Below, piece by piece: positions 17,490 to 26,400 of a DNA stretch of 28,830 nt. The translations under genes were made by a program, and so were the position numbers. How positions within the stretch are numbered: position 1 is the first letter of the stretch; each line of letters opens with the position of its first letter. The notes below the pieces were generated by a model. The model was given only the letters and a program-made list of their open reading frames with translations, was not told the DNA's origin and did no database searches. This DNA comes from Candidatus Sulfobium sp. (lineage in GTDB: Bacteria; Nitrospirota; Thermodesulfovibrionia; Thermodesulfovibrionales; UBA6898), in assembly GCA_037380845.1 (NCBI GenBank), contig JARRRI010000057.1, positions 1 through 28,830 of the forward strand, in the 5' to 3' direction.

Positions 17490-18797
17490 TCAGTCTTCCT
17501 CCGGTACCGGGCTGCGGGATGTGGCCAATATAATGCCCTGTCCGGGACTCAGGTCGTATGAAAAAGGAGACGGCACATCTTCCAGCCGGTTTTCAGGAGA
17601 GATGTCAGTAAGGGGGGTCCCGGTTTGAAAGTATGTCTGAAGGTCGTCGGCATGAAAACGCTGGCTGTTATGGATGTCCTTGTTCAGGATCAGGAGGGAT
17701 TCCTCCTGTGTGTGGCTCGAAGCCTTCCACATCAGCAGCACGTTGCTGTTATCGTAGTGAGGTAATTCCGTGGATGCGTCCTCCTGAAAGATAATGTGGC
17801 CGCTCTTGATCCCGTTGACCGTCTTTATATAATCGGTGAGATCGATGTCCGTCTCCTCCCAGTCTTCCGGCCTCGTCTTTACTACGTGCGGCCTTTTCCG
17901 GAAACCGAACTCGAAGCCCATGGGCATCATCAGTCCTCCCGAAAAGAGGGCAGCGAAGAGATAGCGTTGTTTGAGCCCCTCCACGTTGCCGTTGAGCTCC
18001 TCGCAAAGCCTTACGGTATCGTGGCTTTCCGGGAAACTTATAGACGGGACGATATCACGTGTCAGGGCATACTGTTTCATCAGCCAGGGGCTCCTGAAGT
18101 CCCACCATTTCGAGCTGTTGAATATATAATCGAACCCCGCACGGGCTGTTTTTATTGTAAGGTCCGGCGGACAGCCCAGGGTCTCGGCAAAAAAGAGGAT
18201 GTCGGGATGCTTTTCCCTCGTCTCATGGATCAGCCTTTCCCAGAGGCTTCGGGGCAACTGGTAGGCGGCATCGCAGCGGAAACCCGAGAAGCCGAGTTCT
18301 ACAAGGGAAGTCACAACCCTGAAGCAGAAGCCGTAAAGCCCTTCCTTGTCCCGCGTATTCCTGTGGTCGAACTTTGCCAGGTCCTTCCAGACCACCTTTT
18401 TACCGTTTTCGTCTGCGAAGGGATGGGCAACTCTGCCTTTACCTTCCCATTCAAACCATTCCGGATGTTCCTTAAGGAGGGCGGAGTCGGTGCTGCAGTG
18501 GTTAATGACCAGATCGACCATGACCCTGAGACCCATCTTTTCCGCGGACGCTATCGCTGCCTTGACCTGTTCCCGCGGCGGAGAGGAACTTTCATTGTCT
18601 ACAAGCAGAGGATTAAAGTTGAAATAATCGGCTATGGAGTAGATGCTCCCGGATTTTCCGGTTGCCTGTATGGGATTGACGAAGACCCAGTTGAAGCCCA
18701 TTTCGGCGGCCCTCGACAAGTGGCGCTCCCAGTCTGAAAAATTTCCGGCAAGCAGCGGGAAGAGATTGTAGATTATCATTTTTTCTGGTGGTCTCAT
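17490..18797 (-). CDS. GH13 alpha-amylase-family protein (GlgE-like catalytic domain)
   Basis: GH13 regions DLVINH, GFRCDAAY (nucleophile Asp), FAETLG (acid/base Glu) and ESHD. 'GSIYSI.D' and 'HPEWF' resemble GlgE. AAGGAG RBS. Confidence 0.88.
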   Translation of the reverse strand: MRPPEKMIIYNLFPLLAGNFSDWERHLSRAAEMGFNWVFVNPIQATGKSGSIYSIADYFNFNPLLVDNESSSPPREQVKAAIASAEKMGLRVMVDLVINHCSTDSALLKEHPEWFEWEGKGRVAHPFADENGKKVVWKDLAKFDHRNTRDKEGLYGFCFRVVTSLVELGFSGFRCDAAYQLPRSLWERLIHETREKHPDILFFAETLGCPPDLTIKTARAGFDYIFNSSKWWDFRSPWLMKQYALTRDIVPSISFPESHDTVRLCEELNGNVEGLKQRYLFAALFSGGLMMPMGFEFGFRKRPHVVKTRPEDWEETDIDLTDYIKTVNGIKSGHIIFQEDASTELPHYDNSNVLLMWKASSHTQEESLLILNKDIHNSQRFHADDLQTYFQTGTPLTDISPENRLEDVPSPFSYDLSPGQGIILATSRSPVPEED

Positions 18798-18844
18798 GTC
18801 TTCTCCTTTAGTAACTTACAGTCCAGCCAATCTGTATGAAAACC

Positions 18845-18874
18845 TGGATTCCCGACTACTACCTCGGGAATGAT
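18845..18874 (+). repeat. REP-like palindromic repeat, copy 3
   Basis: TGGATTCCCGACTACTACCTCGGGAATGAT. Confidence 0.8.
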
Positions 18875-18931
18875 TTTTTTCAACTTTAAGATTAACTTAT
18901 CAGGATTCTTTTCGTCAGCATAGAAGAAAAT

Positions 18932-20011
18932 TTATTCGCCCTTTCTACGCAAATAAAATTGTCTGCACGCCTCATCAACCAGCTTTTTATTCTGAGCGAG
19001 TACGGCGAGCCAGTAGTTCATTCTTTCGGCGTTTGTCCTGTCCCGCCAGTGATCAAATAAAAAGGCTGCGTCCTCAAGCGGAGTCCTGCCTTCGCCGGGA
19101 TGTATTTCAAGTGAGAAGGATATCTGATCCGGAGGCAGGATTTCAAGAGACTGCCTGACGATCGATGAAAGGCCCGAAAGGCCGTACATGAGGTCCAGAG
19201 ATCCCTTGTCCCTGAATTGAAAGGGGAGGGGTACGGTTTCCAGAAAGCTCATGTGGTCCGATACGCCGAAGACACTGGAGGATGAAAGGGGATGGCCGTC
19301 ATGGAGGTGGAAATGGAGCGGCTTTCCCAGTGTCCCCAGTTCCCTGACGACACGAAGGGTTTCGGGCAGCGCCGCCTCGACGGCGTAAGAGATGTCTTCC
19401 ATAAGACCCTTCAAACCTGGATCATCAGTCCTTATCTCGCAGACGTCCCTGCCGGCATGCATTTCTGAAAATATTTTGCGAATCTTCCATATCCCCACGT
19501 GACCGGTATCTATGCAGGCGCTGACATTCTTAAGTCCGCGTATACGGCTAAAGAGATTGATGAATACTTCAGTATCCAGCCCGGATGCGTATTCTATAAA
19601 CAGGTAAACCCCGTCCCCGCCCCGGACCATGGAGTCCAGTTCCCTCAGGGCGTCTGTATAATCGTCCGTCCGGTTCACTGCTTCCGCCTGATCATGAACG
19701 ACGAGACCGTAAATTCGGCCTGCCGCTTTCCCGGCGAAGTGGGCTATAGTCTCGCGTCCGGCCTGGTCCATGACATCAAGACCGCGCTGGAGATGTACGG
19801 CTGCGGGCGCTTCCGGGTAAGGTCTGAACTGCAGCAGATACTCGAGTTCCGCAGGCGTCTCCGCATAAAGCTCGGTCCCAATCTGTGCCTGACTGAAGCG
19901 CAGCCTTGCCAGATTCATAAGGGCATCGTCACCGTCCACCCTCTTTTGAAAAAGAGCAAGAATGCGCGGGCAGGAAGCTGTCCTGCCCTGTTTGCCTGCG
20001 GCCCGGTTCAC
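18932..20011 (-). CDS. Xylose-isomerase/AP-endonuclease-2-like TIM-barrel protein
   Basis: Candidate metal-ligand motifs FIEY, CIDTGH, HFHLHDGH, SDH and SLEIH. GTG start overlaps the PWD stop. Confidence 0.72.
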   Translation of the reverse strand: MNRAAGKQGRTASCPRILALFQKRVDGDDALMNLARLRFSQAQIGTELYAETPAELEYLLQFRPYPEAPAAVHLQRGLDVMDQAGRETIAHFAGKAAGRIYGLVVHDQAEAVNRTDDYTDALRELDSMVRGGDGVYLFIEYASGLDTEVFINLFSRIRGLKNVSACIDTGHVGIWKIRKIFSEMHAGRDVCEIRTDDPGLKGLMEDISYAVEAALPETLRVVRELGTLGKPLHFHLHDGHPLSSSSVFGVSDHMSFLETVPLPFQFRDKGSLDLMYGLSGLSSIVRQSLEILPPDQISFSLEIHPGEGRTPLEDAAFLFDHWRDRTNAERMNYWLAVLAQNKKLVDEACRQFYLRRKGE

Positions 20012-23000
20012 GGTATCCCCTGCTGGGGCCTTGACTGGACCAGACAGATCTCTTCTCCGGAGATTATGCCTTCGATGTCCTGCGGCTTTCCGAGACGTTC
20101 CTCCACGTACACAGCAATATTCGTGAGTCTTTTCCCCATGTCTTTTCTGAATTTTTCATCCGTCGAAAACCTGGTCCGGGAATAATCCATTACTTCCCTT
20201 GTTATTCCCCCATCGGGGCCGGGCAGGAAGGCCTGGCTGAAGCTCGCAAAGGAGAGCATCCGTGCTCCGGCTGCATGCCTGCTGCACACCATGCGGTAGG
20301 GTGTTCCCGGCAGTCTGCCGGAAGCGAGGACCTCGCCCAGTCCTGCTGCCAGTTCGATATACACCTCATCGCGCTCCCCTGTGACGGGGTTAACGGTGTG
20401 GATGATAAAGGCATAGTCAGGCACCCTCATCTCCTGAACCAGCACTGCCATATGGGCATCTCCGTGAGGGACCCCGAGCTGTGCCCTGTTCATTACGGCC
20501 CTCTTCGTCCAGAGGGAAGCCCAGACAGACCTGACCGCGTCACCAATCCCTTCTGCCGAAACATTTGCGACACTCTCGTAAAGACCGGCCCCCGACAGAC
20601 CTTCCAGATCTTCGCAGTTGGAGCTGGACCTTACCATCAATCTCTTCCCGGGTCCGAACGTTTTTCCCACGGCCGGTAGTAATCCATCAGGTGTTTTCGT
20701 GACCGCCATTATCTTCCTCATCCGGGCCAGTATGTCGTCCGTCTCTGCCGCCCCGGCATTGTCCAGTCTCCCGATAAGAGATCGGTATTCTCTTCCGAGT
20801 TCAGGGCTCTTCTTCAGGCACTCTTCCATCACGCCGAAAGGTATTGCCGCACTCTTCGGAGTCGTGAAACCCGCCCCGGAGCCACTGGACAGCTCCAGAA
20901 GCCTTCTGGCTCCGAAGGCCTTTCCACCGCAGCTTTCAAGTGTAATGCCGTCTCTTTCGAGAAGTCCCTTTCCGCCGGGAGTCTCAACGGCGGGAAGTTC
21001 TACATGAGCGGCAGGAGACCGCCTCTTCGCATCATTTGTCCGGCCCCCCGAAACAGTGTATCGGACGTTTTCACCCCGGGCGTCAAAGGTTATGGTCTTT
21101 CCCTTGAGGTCCCGGAGGCCGGAAAAGACTTCTTCGTCCTCGCAGCCTGCAAATACCACTCCGGCCTGCCTGGCTCGCACCGCCAGGTGGGAGAGGTGGG
21201 GTGTCTCGTGGGGCACTACTATTGCGGCAACCACTGCCGGTATTTCCTCATCTCCCTCGACTTTTTCAAGGAGGGCGATAACAGACCGGTCACGGGCCCG
21301 GGACAGGCCGGAGAGACCCGGGGCGGGCCTCAGCCTGCCGGAAACTTTTCCCGGCACGATCACGTCCCAGGGGGGGAGGGCCGCCCTTTGCCTGACAACC
21401 TTCAGCAGGAAGCCGGCAAGCTTCGAGAGCTGGAAGACCGGATGGCCCCGTATCTCCGATTCGGTGAATACCCTTACCGCCCGCTGATCGACGCCCAGCG
21501 CATGACCGAGTCTTTCGGCCCTTTCCGGAAAGAGGGACATTACTGTCTGCGTGTAGGCTTCGGAAAGCCTCAGGCTCCTGTCCACAGTCGCCTTGAGTCT
21601 GAGAAGCCGGTATCGGCTGCTGTCGTCGAATCCCTGTCGCCACGCCTCGAGTTCGGACACGATTGCCCGGCATTCCTCACGGTCGAACCCGCCGATCCGC
21701 AGATTTTCCACTGTCAGTCCCAGGCAGCGAAGGGCGCGCTCCCACGGGACCGCCTTATGAGATCTTAAGTCGCCGAAAATCCTGCTTACGAGGACAAAGG
21801 AGAAATCCTCCATGCCGGTATCGGCCGCCGTCAATTGCTGGGCCTCGGAGTCGTCCCTGCCCCGGCGGCGAACGGCGAAGAGTTCGCGGAGGCGGGTGAG
21901 AAGTTCGAATGCCTCCGTCAGGCCTTCGGAATCTTTCGCCGATGCCTTTGCGTCAAGGAAGCGGTGTATGATGCCGGCCTCCTCTTCGCCTGAAATCCGC
22001 GCGACTGCTTCAAGCTGCTCATCGAGGGACCGGGCGTTAAAGAACTCTTTCAGCTCTTCATGGAATTTCCTGAACTCCCCGATGAAGGAAGAGGGGTAGT
22101 CGGCGCCGGGAGATGTGATTCTCTCCAGGAGGCGGGATGAAGTCTCAAGGTCCTCCGGCCCGGCATTACGATGGAGCTTGTTCTGAAGGGTAGCCTTGAT
22201 CTCCCGCTTCAGCTCCTGGGGGATATCATTTCTGTGGGCGATGTCACGTATCCGCGTCAGGGGCTCGGCCCGGAGGAAGTCGCTGTCGAAGGAGGGTAGC
22301 CAGGGGTAGATCTTTCTGATGATAAAGGAGTTTTCCGGTGTCTCCATCCTGGCGAGGCGACCGAATATGTCTTTTGCCATCCGGGCATGATGGGAAGGCC
22401 GGTAGTGGCTGCCGTCTTCCGTGACCTTTACCTGACCGGTGCCCAGAAAACGAAGATAAATCGCCAGGTAGACAAGCTGCTCCCTGGTGAGGTCCGGCGC
22501 ACCGTTCGAAAAGAGATCGTGCACCCAACTGAGCTTTTCCCGCCAGCTCTTCCGTTTCCTGTCCGCGAGGGCGATGACGCGCGCAAAATCGCCTCCGGGT
22601 ATTTCCGGCTTCGGCGCCGCGGTCGCTTTGGGAGAAACGCCGATTATGGACAGGAGCCTGTTTCTCGCCTCATCGATCAGCCGGGGAGGGTCGGGCCATT
22701 GTTCAAGGATGAGGGAACCGGAGAATCTTCTCTTCTTCAGCCGGTCGATCAACCCTCTTATGCCGGAATCGTCCTTTGCGGACGGCCCCGTAAAAAGAGG
22801 AAGGTGTCTGTCGGAGTCGCCGTAATTTTCATGGAGATGAGCATGGATGATCGGCAGGTCCCCGTCGAGGAGATCAATATACCGGAGGTAATCATTGCGG
22901 GTAGCCCGGCAGATGTTGGCATGCCCCAGGTCGAGGCACATTCCGGCGGAGGGTTTTCCCCCGGTGTCATGCCCCAGAAGACGGAAGAGTTCGTTGAAAT

Positions 23001-23445
23001 CATCCGGCGTGGTCTCGGTCGTATTCTCTATCGAGAGGCTAATCCCTTTATCGGAAAGTTCATTAATGACCGGACGGACCGCTTCGGCGAAGGCCGCGGC
23101 CCCTTTTTCCTTATAGAAGTGTATGTTCATGACCACGGCCCCGATGTCACGGGCGAGACTCAACGCACGCTCCATTTCGACTTCCGACCCCTGCGTGAAG
23201 GGGCTCCATCGCCACGGGACGTGAACGGACAAACGGATGTCGTGTGCGGCAGCCGTATCTTTTATATAGACGCGCGTTTCTTCCCCGAGGTCCCCTTCAG
23301 ACCAGCCTTCTCCGCTTTCTTTCCTGTCCGGAAACCACTCGAAGGCGTCGAACCCGTTCGCTACGGCGTATTCGAAGGGCTCCGTGATGCTTCCGGCAAA
23401 CCAGGCGGTCTGGTTGCCTATTCTGAAGCCCTTTTTCTCACCCAT
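20008..23445 (-). CDS. Phosphoglucan, water dikinase (PWD/GWD3)-like protein with N-terminal TIM barrel
   Basis: PWD signatures AIYLRFLGTGQ...EDGSHYRPSHHA and PLTRIRDIAHRNDIPQELKREIKATLQNKLHRNAGPEDL; phospho-His motif PHLSHLAVRARQ; nucleotide-binding VRSSSNCEDLEGLSGAGLYES...PQDIEG...VQSRPQ. Confidence 0.9.
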   Translation of the reverse strand: MGEKKGFRIGNQTAWFAGSITEPFEYAVANGFDAFEWFPDRKESGEGWSEGDLGEETRVYIKDTAAAHDIRLSVHVPWRWSPFTQGSEVEMERALSLARDIGAVVMNIHFYKEKGAAAFAEAVRPVINELSDKGISLSIENTTETTPDDFNELFRLLGHDTGGKPSAGMCLDLGHANICRATRNDYLRYIDLLDGDLPIIHAHLHENYGDSDRHLPLFTGPSAKDDSGIRGLIDRLKKRRFSGSLILEQWPDPPRLIDEARNRLLSIIGVSPKATAAPKPEIPGGDFARVIALADRKRKSWREKLSWVHDLFSNGAPDLTREQLVYLAIYLRFLGTGQVKVTEDGSHYRPSHHARMAKDIFGRLARMETPENSFIIRKIYPWLPSFDSDFLRAEPLTRIRDIAHRNDIPQELKREIKATLQNKLHRNAGPEDLETSSRLLERITSPGADYPSSFIGEFRKFHEELKEFFNARSLDEQLEAVARISGEEEAGIIHRFLDAKASAKDSEGLTEAFELLTRLRELFAVRRRGRDDSEAQQLTAADTGMEDFSFVLVSRIFGDLRSHKAVPWERALRCLGLTVENLRIGGFDREECRAIVSELEAWRQGFDDSSRYRLLRLKATVDRSLRLSEAYTQTVMSLFPERAERLGHALGVDQRAVRVFTESEIRGHPVFQLSKLAGFLLKVVRQRAALPPWDVIVPGKVSGRLRPAPGLSGLSRARDRSVIALLEKVEGDEEIPAVVAAIVVPHETPHLSHLAVRARQAGVVFAGCEDEEVFSGLRDLKGKTITFDARGENVRYTVSGGRTNDAKRRSPAAHVELPAVETPGGKGLLERDGITLESCGGKAFGARRLLELSSGSGAGFTTPKSAAIPFGVMEECLKKSPELGREYRSLIGRLDNAGAAETDDILARMRKIMAVTKTPDGLLPAVGKTFGPGKRLMVRSSSNCEDLEGLSGAGLYESVANVSAEGIGDAVRSVWASLWTKRAVMNRAQLGVPHGDAHMAVLVQEMRVPDYAFIIHTVNPVTGERDEVYIELAAGLGEVLASGRLPGTPYRMVCSRHAAGARMLSFASFSQAFLPGPDGGITREVMDYSRTRFSTDEKFRKDMGKRLTNIAVYVEERLGKPQDIEGIISGEEICLVQSRPQQGIP

Positions 23446-26400
23446 GTTCGACGCCCACCTGCGGCCGGGCCTGAACGACGTGGAATTTTCCTCCGGAGAA
23501 CGCCCCCTCTATGTCCTGGGGAGCTCCAAGCGCCTTCTCAATGACTTCGCCTATTTCGGCGACGCCGGTCATGAAGCCCCGGCGGAAGTCCGTATCCCAG
23601 ACCATCTTTTCGTCGCTATAATCCAGGACGACACGCCTGGGTTCGGGCAGCATGAAGCTGTCGTAAAGGCCGGCCCCCGCATACCCCTCGATGTCTTCTC
23701 CGTTGGAGTCGGAGCGAAAGGTAAGACCGCCTCCGAAGAGACCGATACTCTTGCCGGGATAAGAGAGAAGTCTCGGCGCCTTGTCTCCCTTGCCCCGCAG
23801 GAAGCTTAGGGCCTTCCCCGGGTAATTCCCGACGAGCGCCTCGCCCAGGCCCAGTACTGCTTCAGCATAGACTTCATCACGGTTTCCGGTGAAGGGATTG
23901 ACGGTATGTATGACATAACTGTAATCCGCCTCGACTATCCTCTGAATGAGCACTGCCATGTAAAGGTCCTCATGGGCAATCCCTCTGGCAATGCGGCTGA
24001 GGTAAGCCCTCCTGTTCCATTTAGATGCCCAGACTTTCTTGATGCAGGTCCACGCCTCATCCCAGTTTTCAGGCCAGGGAAGGCCCGTCCCGGTCATAAC
24101 CTCTTTCAGGGCCGCCGCGAGTTCCCCGGGAGATTCAAGATCGAGGATGGTCTCCCGGAGGCTCCCGAGGACCGCTTCGTCGCTATGCCCGTCGTTCTCT
24201 CCAAGCCTGCCGATGAGTTCCCTGCATCGCCTCGAAACGTCCTCATTCTCCCTCATCCCGAGGACCTTTTCGAAAATTCCGAAAGGAATCGCTACCGAGG
24301 CCGGAAGGTATACCCAGTCGGGCACCTTGCCGTGCATCTTTTTGATGTTGTTTGATTTCCCTCCTACAATATCCGCGGTGAAGTCCCCCATCGAAACCGC
24401 GTATTTCGAGAAAGACGGAGCGCGCGGACGGGCCTGGGCAGACCTTTTCGGCGGAGTCTCTCTTTCTTCCCGGGCAGAACCCCGCTCGAACAGTACTTCC
24501 CCGGATGCATTTATTCTGAGAGTGACGGGATTCCCCCCGAGTCTTTTCAATTCGTCAAGCTTCTCAGCGCTGTAGCATACCGCAAAGAGAACGCCGGAGT
24601 TCCTGGCCCTGATTGCCACATGTGCCAGGACGTCCGTCGGATCGGGTGTGACAAGCGCCGAGACACCCTCAGGGATTTCTTCATCTCCCGCCACCTTGTC
24701 CGAAACAATGACGGTTTTCCTTTCGAAGCGTCTGCCCTGGACGGATTTCAGCGAATCGGTCAATTCAACATATCCTCCGGCTTGCCCCGGGCTGATTATC
24801 TGCCAGTCTCCCAGTTCCGCCGCCTTTCTGAGAACCGGGTTTATTTTCTGCAGGAGCATCGAAAGGGCAAAGGCCGGAGTACCGCGTACGACCTCCTCGC
24901 TGAACAGATTGAATGTCCACTCGTCGGCCCGGAAAGCCTTGCCCATAAATTCCGCCTTCGGCTGAAGGAGGCCGTAACAGCGGTCGATAAAGGAACCGAC
25001 GCCCCGGTGAATCCTGTCGATGACGGAATCCGCGTGGAGCGCCCAGTCTCTGGAGAAGCGTTCCGTCGACGCCAGGCGCTTCCAGTGGCGGAGACAGGCC
25101 CTCAGCTCCGCGTTGTCAGCCGAGATGTCCAAGATTTCGAGCATGACTTCTATCGAGTCAGCCAGTTCGTCCCGTCCCAGGCCCTCGGCGAGGTTCCGCT
25201 CCACGACAACACGGGAGTAATCCTCCAGCGCAATGTCCAGGAAGAGAAGGTCCCTTATCCTGTCCGCATGTCCCTTCATCAATCCCCTGATGCGCCTTCG
25301 GCCCTCGACTATCTTCCGGATCAACGGAACCGGCTTCCTGTCATCCCTGTGACGCCATATATGGTCCATCAGCCCGTGCATATCAGGGTCGAAGAGATAC
25401 CTCGCAGAGTGGATGGCCGTTCCCAGGTCGGTGCCGGAATGGACCTCCTTCAGAATACCCAGAAAATGTTCGAAGTCCCCTATCAGGGCGTCCTTAAGGT
25501 GGGGAACAAAGTCAGGATGCGATACGATGGGCCGTTCGTAGCTTTCGAGACGGTCTGTGGAAAGCCCTCCTTCCTCAAGTTTATCGTAGAACCTGTCGAG
25601 GCTTCCGTTGCTCTTCAGGAAAGCGATGAAGGCCTCGCAGATTACTATATCGTCCGGGGTGGCGTTATTGTGGAGCTTCTGGTGCCATTCCTCCATGAAA
25701 TGGCCGGACACTTCCTTGATATGATGGCGGTGCATGATGTTCAGCACTTCGTCCCGCACACGCTGCGCATCGCTACCCCTCCCCAGTGTCCTGAGGATAA
25801 GCCTGATCATTTCCCGGTCTCCGGGTTCGGCGTCATATAGTCCTGCCAGTTTGAGTGTCAGTCTGTCCAGGGCGTGGCCCAGTTCCCGGGGCTTGGTATT
25901 ATAATTGCGCTGCCAGTCGAGCTGCCTGATCGACGAAAAACGCAGCCAGACGAAGATCAGGGCGAGGCCGCCGGTGTTATTCCTCACCCTGTCCAGAAGG
26001 TCATAACAGAGGTTGAAGCGGTGCATCAGTGTCCAGGAGTTGCGCCCCATCTCATGTTCGATAATCTCCTCTGCGATGTCAGACAGTTCCGGACTTCCAA
26101 GTCCTTCCATGCCAGCCGAAATGGTGAGGGGTATGTAAAAATTCCTGTCGCCGTCCTTTATCCATCTGCCGGTGTCCGGTCGGTAAAGGACAAAAGATAT
26201 ACCCGAAGGCGCATCCCCGGATGCGATTCTCAGGGTGAGGCGCAGGAGGCCGTCTTCTTCGGCGAAGGGGGTGCGGACGGCTTTCCTGTCGAAGACCTCG
26301 CTGTTTGCAGGCCGCATCGCCTTCGGCGGCATTTCCCACTCAAACCGCGAACGGACCGAAACGCCCCAATGAAGGAAAAGCGGGCCTTCCAGGTCCGCAG

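Noticed and set aside
1849..18874. 30-bp palindromic repeats as CRISPR repeats
   Set aside because: Copies are dispersed kilobases apart with no spacer array and no cas genes.
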